The position numbers were made by a program, and so were the translations under genes. Shown here piece after piece: positions 48,661 through 57,918 of a stretch of 64,000 bases of DNA. The stretch spans positions 32,001-96,000 of the IMG/VR virus record IMGVR_UViG_3300045988_171725; one strand, given 5' to 3'. Positions within the stretch are counted from its first letter, which is position 1, and each line of letters starts with the position of its first letter. This DNA is from a virus. The notes under the pieces were generated by a model. The model was not told where the DNA came from, did no database searches, and was given only the letters and a program-made list of their open reading frames with translations.

Positions 48661-49638
48661 ATTGGCTTCGTTATGGAAAGCAATGAGGAAGCAATTGCCG
48701 AAGCGCAAAAAAATCTCGAAAACTTAAATACTCAAAAACGCCAAGAAAATCTTCAGACGCAGATCGACACGCTTCAGATGCAGAAAGACATTATCGAAGC
48801 TCTTCCAAATCAGGCTCAACTTGAACAAACCAAAAAGATTTGGGAATTGTGGGCAGCGGATAAGGGAACGAAAGGAAGTCTTGCTTCCGTAACCGAAGGC
48901 GTAACGATGTTGGCGGATGCTTATACAAATGCCACAAATCGGATGAATATGCGTGCTAAAACAGAAGGGGTTCTAAATACACCTGATGAAAAGAGCAGTA
49001 TGCAGACATCTGATGAAAATACTAACCCCGTTATCACCCTTAGTGAAACTCAAATAGAATATACCAAAGCCTTAGTTTCTAACGTGGATGATATTAGAAA
49101 TATCTTATTAGGGAAACATACTAAAAACTTCCAAAATATGTTGGATTTCGTGAACAAAAACAACATGTTACAAGGCGATTATGCACGGTGGGGAGAAATG
49201 TTCAGAGCTGCTGGTATATTAAACGAATGGAATTCTTTGTCTGACAAAGAGAAAGAAGCTATTAGAAGCCAAGCAAATACGAGAGCGGGTGGAGACATTT
49301 CCTTCCAAGGCGGTAAAGCTCTTATCAACGAACTTGGAACCGAAGCGGTCATCACACCTGGCGGCACGCTCACCGCGCTTCCTTCGAAGACGGGTATCGT
49401 CCCTGCGGACATAACCCGAAACGTTTGGGCGCTCGGGGAAGTTGCTCCGACGTTGGTCGCACAGCTCGGTTCGCTTACGCAAAAGACGCTTTCTGGCAAC
49501 GCTGGAAACACGACCTACGAAGAGGGTCAATACTTCGACAACTTTACGATGAACGTTTACCCCGCAAAAGGCGACGACTTGAGCAAGATCCTGGAGCAAG
49601 CACGTGCACAAATGCGGCTTACGCGTCATAATAATTAA
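48661..49638 (+). CDS. Tape measure protein, exon 4 (C-terminal part)
   Basis: It begins IGFVMESNEEAIAEAQ..., with no SD of its own. The C-terminal pattern GGKALINELGTEAVITPGGTLTALPSKTGIVPADIT is typical of tape-measure C-termini as I recall them. Confidence 0.75.
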   Translation: MGFVMESNEEAIAEAQKNLENLNTQKRQENLQTQIDTLQMQKDIIEALPNQAQLEQTKKIWELWAADKGTKGSLASVTEGVTMLADAYTNATNRMNMRAKTEGVLNTPDEKSSMQTSDENTNPVITLSETQIEYTKALVSNVDDIRNILLGKHTKNFQNMLDFVNKNNMLQGDYARWGEMFRAAGILNEWNSLSDKEKEAIRSQANTRAGGDISFQGGKALINELGTEAVITPGGTLTALPSKTGIVPADITRNVWALGEVAPTLVAQLGSLTQKTLSGNAGNTTYEEGQYFDNFTMNVYPAKGDDLSKILEQARAQMRLTRHNN

Positions 49639-49728
49639 CTTGGATTAAATAAAAGGGTAATTTTATTATACGAAAAACGGTCCAACGCGGGTTCGCCCTT
49701 TCCCGCGCGACCAAAACAAGGAGGAATT

Positions 49729-50544
49729 ATGCTATATTTAGATTACGCGAAACCTCTCGCAGACGGTAAATACATTCTCAGCTTCTTCGCTGACAGTGCG
49801 GCTGACTTAGAGAGTATTTCGCACGGACAAAAATTTGTAACGAAAAACGGGACTGATTACGGCGTTCCGCAGGCTGGAAGCACGGTAATCGTAACGTCCC
49901 CGAATTCTGGCAAAACGACTTACGTTATGGACGCGGAAGGCGTTTGGGTAGTCACGGAAGACATCTCGTATTCGGCGGTTGTGGCAAACCCGAGCGACGC
50001 GGCGACGGCGAAATTGGAGAAATTAAAGGTAAATGACACGACTTATGCGAACTGGACTGAAAGCGAGATAAAAGCGTTGGCAGGGAAAGGGGAAGATGGG
50101 GTTGGTGTTACTTCGTTTGAAACTGTCTCGTCTACCGTTGTTGGGGACAATACTAATACTACGGTTCGCGCTCATTACTCGAACAATACCACCGATGAAT
50201 TTGTTGTAACGGCAAAAAACGGAATATCAAAGTCACTTTACTTTCACAAAATTTACATTAGCGACGGTTGGGGGGATAATATAGTTAAAGCGTGTTTTAT
50301 AAATCATAGTGGTAATGAAGTTAGTAAAATTTCGGAAATTGACGCCATTAGTAATATATTATTTAATATTAGATTTCAGCCAGATAATTCAGCGAATACA
50401 GAGTATATAGGTAATTACCTTGATGTCGAAAATGACAAATTTTCAATTGGGTATTTTTTAAATTATCCATTTAGACTCCCTGTGACCAATAAAAAATTCG
50501 CTTTAGGTATTGGCTCAATTAGTGATGAGGTGACTGCCCTCTAA
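49729..50544 (+). CDS. Tail-tip protein with an N-terminal domain paralogous to fibre 19143-20342
   Basis: 271 aa, [32 protein letters not shown]...FVTKNGTDYGVPQAGSTVIVTSP parallels [21 protein letters not shown]...[23 protein letters not shown]. Confidence 0.5.
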   Translation: MLYLDYAKPLADGKYILSFFADSAADLESISHGQKFVTKNGTDYGVPQAGSTVIVTSPNSGKTTYVMDAEGVWVVTEDISYSAVVANPSDAATAKLEKLKVNDTTYANWTESEIKALAGKGEDGVGVTSFETVSSTVVGDNTNTTVRAHYSNNTTDEFVVTAKNGISKSLYFHKIYISDGWGDNIVKACFINHSGNEVSKISEIDAISNILFNIRFQPDNSANTEYIGNYLDVENDKFSIGYFLNYPFRLPVTNKKFALGIGSISDEVTAL

Positions 50545-50735
50545 TGTTAACTTTATTTTTATCAACTTTATTCGAAATTTAAGATTACTAAATGATATCT
50601 AAATATATTTAAAAACGGTTTTATCGCGTTTCCGTAAAAAAAACGCGTTACCATTACTTTGGGTGTGGCGGGTTGAGAAAACCTCCCGCCCGTTATACTC
50701 AAATATTAAAAAAATAAAAAAGAGGAGGAAAAATT

Positions 50736-53700
50736 ATGGCTATTTATAAACCGAGCAATTGCACACCGTTTTTGACGTGCCTGGATTTGACAAAAGCGCA
50801 GGATATAACTTGTGAGCTTAACACGTCCAACGAATTAGTTACGGGGTATAAAATTAAGATATTAGACAGTAACAATGACGTGATTTTCGAAGGGGCAAAG
50901 TTTGATCCGATAAATCCCGTTGGTTACGATAACAGCGGCTTGAACGGTTCGACGCTTGTGCTGCCTTTGATCGTCGAAGGGAAGGCGATTAACAATAACA
51001 CGATCGGCTATCAAAACGGGGGATATAACGTAAACGACCCGACTGGCACCAAATTCGATGCGACGCGTTTTTCTAACGGCTATATCAATCAACCGTATAA
51101 GTGGGAGATCGTCCTCGAACAAGGAAACACGACAGGCGTTAAAGCAGATAAATTTTATGATATGACTATCACACAAGGAAAAGTTCTCGGTTCGACGAGA
51201 AACCGCATTCAGAGTTATTTATCCGATAACATATATAAGGATTATTTCATTCAGTTAAACAATACTTCGAAGAGAGTGTTGATAAATAGCTATGATCATA
51301 CATACGGGTATTTATACCCGCAGGAAAACAAGTTTACCGATGAAGAGGTTGAAGCGGCGACTTTTTTCCAGATATACAAATTCAGCAACGACCCCGACGT
51401 GATTGCGGCAGGATCGCAAGTTGCATACGCCATCAGTCAATCGATGAACGATGTTGCAATTGGGAGAAAGAAGAGCACGGTGGCATGGGGTAGTAATTTG
51501 GTTTATCCGTATTATTTCGAGCAGGTTTTTGAAGGGTTGTCCCGTTCTTACACGGCGCAAAACGATATTCCAAATTCCGCGTTCGATTCTGAAATGAGCG
51601 GGTTTCTTGTTACTGGAACGAACGTTATGGTTAAAGGAGAAACAGACGCAAACGCTTTTAACGGAATTTTCACATTAAATTCGGTCTCTGAAAAGGAACG
51701 CGACGTCGAAGTTAATGGCGAGACAAAGACACTATACGATCTTACGCTTAAGTGGCTTAGAAGTACGCCTGGTGATACGTGGGCGAATTTAACTAACGCG
51801 GTGTTTTATGTTCAAAACGGAGCCGACCACGGTACAAGGTGGCAGGTAAATACCGACACGCAAACAGTTGGGACAATTAACCAGACGCCCGTTATTTTTA
51901 TCCGCGAGAAACCCGTGGAGATATATACTGACGCAAGCAAAGGGTACAGTTCCGACAAAACAAAAGGGCAAATTTTTAAAAATACAAACAGACAAGTTTA
52001 TATACGTCCTTTTATTGGAATAGAATCTGGAATGCGGTTTAGTTATTTAAAGAAAGGTGAAATTGCTTATAAAAATATAGATGATTTCACAATAGACACA
52101 GAGATGTGGCAATTGAGTGGGAATATCGGTGAAAAATTAAAACCAGATGAAACCCAATATAAAATTTCGTCTTATTTTAAGGGGAGCGATGAAAATCCGT
52201 TTTACGCTTACGCCGAACCAACGGTCTCAATATATTATGATGGAAATCTTTTACCGTCAGATTTACTTAAAAGAATGATTGTAAGCAGAAGAACTGCGAC
52301 TTTTCAGGGCGTTTTTGAACAAATTAATAATAAAACATGGATAAATTATCAATGGTTTATTAATGATTTGTCAGATGGGACGACCGAGCAATCGGATAAA
52401 TTTTACAGTGGTGATTTATCATACACGTTTCAGGGACTCCAAGATAAGCACATTTATCAAGTCGTGTTGGTTGTCGAAGATGAATTTGGCACAAGTCATA
52501 AAACTTATGGCAATATTGAAATAGAAATAGATTTTATTACTGGCACAACCGATTTGACGGTAGAATTGGATTGCCTTACTCAGTCTTATATAATAGACTT
52601 CAATAAGTTAGGTATCGTAATTCCTGATCCTAGTAGCCAAACGCTCAAATATCGTGTTTATAATTCAACAAATACAGGTAAAGAGAATTATACGGTTAAA
52701 GAAGCGGATGAACCCGTTTCAAATTATGAATATTTTAATGTTGAAAATTCATATGATTACGGATATACGATTGATTACCCTGAATCTCAATCGGGAAGAT
52801 ATTTATCTTTATCGGATATAAAAGATGTAAACAAAATGGAGGGGCGTGATTCTTTAATGAAATATGATAAACTTCAAATCATTGGAGAAGAAACAATTGC
52901 CTCTATCCCTTCCCCAACTGGAGATTCATGCACTATGAATTCACAACATAGATTGGGCGCAGGTTTTAATGGAGATATCATAAAATATGAAATAGACGTA
53001 GACGATTCGTTATTTGGTACTGCTAAAGCAATTATAAAAGTATATCTGCCTCCTGTTACGAGAATGGATTCAAACGGAGAAATTGTGGTTTATACTGATG
53101 ACAGTCTAACTTCGTATAGTCAATACGAGGTAAATAGTACCGATGTAATCGGAAGAAAAGATTACACAGTTATAAAAGCTCCGAATTCCGAGGAGTTATT
53201 CTTCGTTAAAGATATCGGCTCCATAGCAAATCGATATAGTATAATAGCCTTATATACTAAAAAATATTCGGAAAATGACGAAATATTACTTGCTTCGAAG
53301 ATTTTAAACTGGGATGAAGAACGTGGAGATGTTAAGATTGTTTCTGCTTGGGTGCCTCAAAATGAAGCAGCTAACGATAGTTATGACTATTTGGATACTG
53401 ATGCAGTTTATGATGTTCTCCCTGAAAATTCAAATTATCGCCATATTAGAGGTGAAGGGGCCTTGAATAGTAAAGGAAAAATCGGTTATGTTTTCAGCGA
53501 AAAAAAAGATAAAGAATATTCTTATTTTAACGATAAAAAAAGAGTTGTTGTAACGCAGGCAAACGGCGAGAAAATAAACGTATTAAATGGTGAGTATAAT
53601 TATTGGAATGATGCTTATTACGATGAAAATGGAAAAAAGAAATATCATTATTGGTTTGATAAAGGAAGCGAGGAAGGTATTTATGAACAAACTAATATCA

Positions 53701-53855
53701 ACAATTCTTCTGAACATACTGGGAGACAGTTTGTTAATGATAAAATTTGGACTTTAAATTTGGGGTTACGTAATTATAATACGACTTTGACCGCCGAAAC
53801 ATTTAATTCGCAAAATGATTTTATATTTAATTTATTTGAAGAGGAGGCGAAGTAA
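50736..53855 (+). CDS. Large tail-tip/baseplate protein, function not assignable
   Basis: 1039 aa, SD AGAGGAGGA, located downstream of the tape measure gene. Confidence 0.5.
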   Translation: MAIYKPSNCTPFLTCLDLTKAQDITCELNTSNELVTGYKIKILDSNNDVIFEGAKFDPINPVGYDNSGLNGSTLVLPLIVEGKAINNNTIGYQNGGYNVNDPTGTKFDATRFSNGYINQPYKWEIVLEQGNTTGVKADKFYDMTITQGKVLGSTRNRIQSYLSDNIYKDYFIQLNNTSKRVLINSYDHTYGYLYPQENKFTDEEVEAATFFQIYKFSNDPDVIAAGSQVAYAISQSMNDVAIGRKKSTVAWGSNLVYPYYFEQVFEGLSRSYTAQNDIPNSAFDSEMSGFLVTGTNVMVKGETDANAFNGIFTLNSVSEKERDVEVNGETKTLYDLTLKWLRSTPGDTWANLTNAVFYVQNGADHGTRWQVNTDTQTVGTINQTPVIFIREKPVEIYTDASKGYSSDKTKGQIFKNTNRQVYIRPFIGIESGMRFSYLKKGEIAYKNIDDFTIDTEMWQLSGNIGEKLKPDETQYKISSYFKGSDENPFYAYAEPTVSIYYDGNLLPSDLLKRMIVSRRTATFQGVFEQINNKTWINYQWFINDLSDGTTEQSDKFYSGDLSYTFQGLQDKHIYQVVLVVEDEFGTSHKTYGNIEIEIDFITGTTDLTVELDCLTQSYIIDFNKLGIVIPDPSSQTLKYRVYNSTNTGKENYTVKEADEPVSNYEYFNVENSYDYGYTIDYPESQSGRYLSLSDIKDVNKMEGRDSLMKYDKLQIIGEETIASIPSPTGDSCTMNSQHRLGAGFNGDIIKYEIDVDDSLFGTAKAIIKVYLPPVTRMDSNGEIVVYTDDSLTSYSQYEVNSTDVIGRKDYTVIKAPNSEELFFVKDIGSIANRYSIIALYTKKYSENDEILLASKILNWDEERGDVKIVSAWVPQNEAANDSYDYLDTDAVYDVLPENSNYRHIRGEGALNSKGKIGYVFSEKKDKEYSYFNDKKRVVVTQANGEKINVLNGEYNYWNDAYYDENGKKKYHYWFDKGSEEGIYEQTNINNSSEHTGRQFVNDKIWTLNLGLRNYNTTLTAETFNSQNDFIFNLFEEEAK

Positions 53856-53857
53856 TT

Positions 53858-54865
53858 GTGAATAAAATGAAAGTGTTAGTTTCGCCTTTTGATGAAACGA
53901 CTAAAAATACCAAACTTGGTCAAGATGTATTCTTTATAAATGTTTTAAACACCTTTGATGACAGTAAAGAAAAACCGATTAAAGTAACATATGAACAAAG
54001 AGATACAATTAGCACCGCGTTACTTCTTAATTACCAAGACTATGATAGCGAAGGATTCTTTTGTGATTATACTCAGGGTTATGCTCCGATTGCTAAAAGT
54101 GAAGAATCTATGGCTTCGATATATAAGCAAGAAGTATCGGTTGGAGATGATAAAGAGATTAAAGCTTTAACTCGTTTAAAACCCGTTAAAACCGATATAA
54201 ATAATTTTAAATTTAGGGATTTTAATATATCAAACCATAGATTATACCAATATGTTTTGTATCCAAGTAATGCTCGGCAAGGAGAGGAAATAGAGAAAGC
54301 CACTGTAATTCCAAATAAAACTAATTGGGGTGCTTGGAGTATTACTGAATTGCATCCTGTTGCTGGAAATAAAAAACAATTTACTGCGACCGCTGATGAT
54401 GTGTGGTTATTTAATCTCAATGTTGAAACAGGAGAGCAATCCCAAAATATATCTCGAAATGAACAGCAAACTTTAGGACAATTTAACAAATATTCTCAAG
54501 GGCGAACGAATTATATATCGGGCAGTGTTAGTTGTTTACTTGGAAGTGAAGTTATTCCCGCAAGTTACATTAAACAAAAAAATGGAATCATAAATTCTAA
54601 CGGTGGTTATACCGAAAGACGAATTTTCGACACAAAACCGACCTCTAATGAGCGGGTAGATATGTTATTAGCATGGAGAAAAGTGGTGTATTCCTCAAAC
54701 CCGAAATTGCTTAAAGACCGTGCGGGGCAATCATTTTTAGTGACTTTAAACAGCTCTTCTAATAAACCAATGGATGCGGTAGGAATTCAGCCAAACACCA
54801 TAAGTTTCAATTGGACACAAATTGGGACAACCGAGGATTTGCAGATAATAGATGATACTTTATAA
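53858..54865 (+). CDS. Tail-tip/baseplate protein (possibly distal-tail-like; weak)
   Basis: 335 aa. GTG 53858 lies 10 nt after GAGGAGG (alternative ATG 53867). It is tightly coupled to both neighbours. Confidence 0.45.
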   Translation: MNKMKVLVSPFDETTKNTKLGQDVFFINVLNTFDDSKEKPIKVTYEQRDTISTALLLNYQDYDSEGFFCDYTQGYAPIAKSEESMASIYKQEVSVGDDKEIKALTRLKPVKTDINNFKFRDFNISNHRLYQYVLYPSNARQGEEIEKATVIPNKTNWGAWSITELHPVAGNKKQFTATADDVWLFNLNVETGEQSQNISRNEQQTLGQFNKYSQGRTNYISGSVSCLLGSEVIPASYIKQKNGIINSNGGYTERRIFDTKPTSNERVDMLLAWRKVVYSSNPKLLKDRAGQSFLVTLNSSSNKPMDAVGIQPNTISFNWTQIGTTEDLQIIDDTL

Positions 54866-54876
54866 GGAGGCATTGA

Positions 54877-56118
54877 ATGAGCAGTTATAAAGTTAGAAGC
54901 GCAAGTGGAGATATTTTGTCGTATTACTCAACAGAGACTTCTCAAAATATCTCCATAGAATGTATAAAGCAAGAAATAGACAATACCCCCGTGATAAACC
55001 CAAAATTTCGGTTTCATATTCTTAATGAAGACGAGACAATTCGAGAAGATATCCCTGAAGAAGATATAATCATGGGCGGGACTTATAATGAAAATTATCA
55101 GAATGGGCAACGTCGAAGTATCTCAATTTCACTATTTAATTACACTGGGAAATATACACCTTCCATAAATGGGTTATGGGTCGGAGTCAAAATAAGCTTT
55201 GATATGGGTTTAGAAATAAACGGTGTTACTATTTGGTTTAAGAAAGGGATTTATGTTATTTCATCGATCTCCCCCTCTCATGAACCTGGCACGACAAATG
55301 TTAGCGTAGAATTGAGCGATAAATTTGCCGTTTTAGAAGGCGCAACGGGAACATTTGAGACCTCATATACTGTTCCAGTAGGCAATGACATTCAAGAAGT
55401 GATTCAGGATTTGCTTAATTTGCAAAGAGGAAACGGGCAGGTAATCGATCCGAAACCCATAATATATAACAGCAAGTTTAAGGGCGCAAAAATACAAGCC
55501 GAAATACCCAAACAAGCAGGAGACACCATAGGTTCGATAATAATAGACATAGCCACCCAACTTAACGCGGAAGTGTTTTACGATGTCGAAGGAAATCTCA
55601 CGTTTGTTCCGATAAACGATGTGACTGGTGATGAGGATAAACCCGTCATATACCATTTTTATGATGAAAACGGGGATATCTTCAATAATAATTTGTCATT
55701 TGATCTTAGCGGAGCGATTAACCGCGTTATAGTGATTGGTTCGACTGTTAATAGTAATGTCATTATAGCCACTTCCGTGAATGATAATGTCGGGTCGCCC
55801 TTATGTTACCAGCGAATTGGATATCGAACTGCAAGCCCAATAAACGACTCGAATATTACCACCGAAATTCTAGCGCAAGAACGTGCCGATTACGAGCTTC
55901 GTCAGCACTTGATACTTAAATCAAGTGCGAGCAATGGCGTTCGGTATAACCCGCTTCTATCGGTAAACAATTTAATCGGTGTAACAGATTCGTTTTATGG
56001 ATTTAATCAGGAGCGATTTTTGTTGCAAAGTATAAGTTGCCCGATTGATTATAGCGGTTCGATGAGTATAACAAGTGCAAATATACAGAATTTCGGATTT
56101 TTGACGACTCGGAGGTAA
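54877..56118 (+). CDS. Tail-tip/baseplate protein (hub-like by position; weak)
   Basis: 413 aa, SD TAAGGAGG. Confidence 0.45.
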   Translation: MSSYKVRSASGDILSYYSTETSQNISIECIKQEIDNTPVINPKFRFHILNEDETIREDIPEEDIIMGGTYNENYQNGQRRSISISLFNYTGKYTPSINGLWVGVKISFDMGLEINGVTIWFKKGIYVISSISPSHEPGTTNVSVELSDKFAVLEGATGTFETSYTVPVGNDIQEVIQDLLNLQRGNGQVIDPKPIIYNSKFKGAKIQAEIPKQAGDTIGSIIIDIATQLNAEVFYDVEGNLTFVPINDVTGDEDKPVIYHFYDENGDIFNNNLSFDLSGAINRVIVIGSTVNSNVIIATSVNDNVGSPLCYQRIGYRTASPINDSNITTEILAQERADYELRQHLILKSSASNGVRYNPLLSVNNLIGVTDSFYGFNQERFLLQSISCPIDYSGSMSITSANIQNFGFLTTRR

Positions 56119-56121
56119 GAT

Positions 56122-56385
56122 ATGGAAAACAATGCGGAACAACTTGTTTCTCTTATTCGAGAGTTAGTAAGAGAAGAACTTAATAAACGAGATAACACTT
56201 CGATCGGAATGGTGAAAAGTGTTAATAATGATAATACGGTGAATATTTGTTTATTTCCTGATTTTAATACTATAATATCTAATATAAAGAATTCTTCTAA
56301 ATATGAACTTAAAGAAAACGATATAGTAGTATTATATAAAATAAATAACCAAATAAATAATTCTTTTATAATTTCTAAATATTAA
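56122..56385 (+). CDS. Small baseplate-module protein
   Basis: 87 aa, SD GGAGGT. It is the last ORF before the strong terminator. Confidence 0.4.
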   Translation: MENNAEQLVSLIRELVREELNKRDNTSIGMVKSVNNDNTVNICLFPDFNTIISNIKNSSKYELKENDIVVLYKINNQINNSFIISKY

Positions 56386-56393
56386 TGATGATT

Positions 56394-56431
56394 AAGGATA
56401 TTAGATTTTCAAAGTCTAATATCCTTTTTTT
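56394..56431 (+). terminator. Strong intrinsic terminator ending the late operon
   Basis: 12-bp perfect stem AAGGATATTAGA (56394-56405) / TCTAATATCCTT (56415-56426), followed by a T-run. Confidence 0.8.
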
Positions 56432-56478
56432 ATCCATTTTTGTCCGAAAGATTTTTTTGAAAAATTTACATTAAACGC

Positions 56479-56507
56479 TTGACAAATGAATTTTGTTATG
56501 TTATAAT
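56479..56507 (+). promoter_or_regulatory. Consensus sigma70-type promoter (early region)
   Basis: TTGACA (56479-84), a 17-nt spacer, and TATAAT (56502-07). Confidence 0.75.
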
Positions 56508-56539
56508 GGCAGCGAAGAATAAATTTTGGAGGTTGTATT

Positions 56540-56857
56540 ATGGCAAAAGAAAAGCTTAACACAATGGCGGTAAAAGTGGAAGATATTTTAAGGAACAAAT
56601 CGAAAGCTCGCGACGACGATAACGTGTTATACGCGTATTTCTTGAACTCGCTCGGTGTTTCGGTTCGTAAGACGTCATTTTGGGAAATCACGCGCCGCGT
56701 GGTGAATGGTGATTTGCCGTCGATGGAAAGTGTGGGGCGTGTTCGCCGCAAAGTGCAGGAACTCAACCCCGAACTCGTCGGCACGGCAGAGAAGAGAAAG
56801 ATAAGATATAAGGCGATCGACGATTACAAAGAATTCGCTCGCCAAAAGGAGATTTGA
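56540..56857 (+). CDS. Early hypothetical protein
   Basis: 105 aa, SD GGAGGT. It is the first gene after the promoter. Confidence 0.55.
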   Translation: MAKEKLNTMAVKVEDILRNKSKARDDDNVLYAYFLNSLGVSVRKTSFWEITRRVVNGDLPSMESVGRVRRKVQELNPELVGTAEKRKIRYKAIDDYKEFARQKEI

Positions 56858-56858
56858 C

Positions 56859-57224
56859 ATGGAAGAAAAAGAGGTTTTCAAAGTTCCGCCGAAAGAGGTT
56901 CAACAGGCGGTCATCGACCGCGTTTTGATGCGGATAGAGGCGCGTCGTTCGAGTTTTACCCGCGAAGACGTAATCGGTTTCGCAAAAGAGGCGCAGATCC
57001 CGACCATATACGCAGAGGCAGTTAGCTCCGCTGTTATCGAGGATTTGGGCAGCAGAATTTTCTCGCGTTTGCTCGTAAACGGAATGCTCATTCCCGTAAA
57101 AGGCACCAACTATTACAGGAAAATCACCGAAGAAGAAATGCAAGCGGCAAAGAAGGCTTATTTGGCGGCGCAGGAAGAGACAACGCGGGAGGCACAAAAT
57201 GACGAAAAAATCGTACTTAACTAA
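56859..57224 (+). CDS. Early hypothetical protein
   Basis: 121 aa, SD AAAGGAG. Confidence 0.5.
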   Translation: MEEKEVFKVPPKEVQQAVIDRVLMRIEARRSSFTREDVIGFAKEAQIPTIYAEAVSSAVIEDLGSRIFSRLLVNGMLIPVKGTNYYRKITEEEMQAAKKAYLAAQEETTREAQNDEKIVLN

Positions 57225-57555
57225 AGAGCAGTTCGTAGAGTACGTCGGGCGGATAAAAGCGACGTGTGACAAAGACGATATGTTATCAGAGGCAATGGAG
57301 AAGGCATGTAACGATGATTGCCGAGTAATCGGCTTATACGGCGCTGAATGCTCCGCGATGGTTGATTTGCTCTCGCTCGCAATGGGGTCGGAAGTCGGGA
57401 CTTGCAGCGGGAATGAGATTGAGTATTTCATATACGACCTGAATTTCGGGAAAGATTACGCAGAAGGGTGTTTCACCGAAATGGACGGTACACCGATAGA
57501 TATTTCAACGGCAGAAAAGTTATACGACTATATTGCGTCGGAGGCAGAGAAATGA
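57199..57555 (+). CDS. Early hypothetical protein
   Basis: 118 aa, SD GGGAGG. It overlaps the upstream ORF by 26 nt. Confidence 0.5.
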   Translation: MTKKSYLTKEQFVEYVGRIKATCDKDDMLSEAMEKACNDDCRVIGLYGAECSAMVDLLSLAMGSEVGTCSGNEIEYFIYDLNFGKDYAEGCFTEMDGTPIDISTAEKLYDYIASEAEK

Positions 57556-57917
57556 TTACAATGTACGACACGCCCAAAAAGGTTAAACTCACCGATTTAT
57601 TCCCTGATTCGGGGCGCAAGTATTATATTCAAAAGTTCGAGTACGGTGATTTCGATAATTGGGTTACGGCGGTTATATACGAAACGAGCCTCGTTATAAA
57701 CGATTACTCGCTCAATTCAAAAGCGGTAAAAGACGGGAAATATTCCGCATATTTAGCGACGACTTTTATCCCGATCGACGAAGCTGAAAAAATGGGCGGC
57801 AATTTTATAAATAGCAATTGCAAGTTTGTCGGTTGCGGGAATGACCTGAAAATAAGTAAGTTAGAAAATTTGACCGATTTCGAAGTTACGGTAGACGGGG
57901 AATGGACGAGAGGCTGA
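57552..57917 (+). CDS. Early hypothetical protein
   Basis: SD GGAGG precedes ATG 57552, with an ATGA overlap with the upstream stop. The track start at 57468 lacks an SD. Confidence 0.5.
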   Translation: MITMYDTPKKVKLTDLFPDSGRKYYIQKFEYGDFDNWVTAVIYETSLVINDYSLNSKAVKDGKYSAYLATTFIPIDEAEKMGGNFINSNCKFVGCGNDLKISKLENLTDFEVTVDGEWTRG

Positions 57918-57918
57918 A

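Noticed and set aside
35912-49638. Inteins, or four genuinely separate tape-measure-like proteins, as the explanation for the split gene
   Set aside because: The inserts contain in-frame stops and their own SD-served ORFs, so they cannot be translated through as inteins. Exons 2-4 lack SDs and starts. Each boundary fits group I P1 (U-G) and terminal-G rules, and recognisable core elements are present.
56416-57431. Minus-strand ORFs of 122 and 222 aa (56416-56784 and 56763-57431)
   Set aside because: They overlap three SD-served + strand early genes, a + strand promoter and a terminator. They have no SD. Their products are low-complexity and Ser/Arg-rich, typical of antisense frames.
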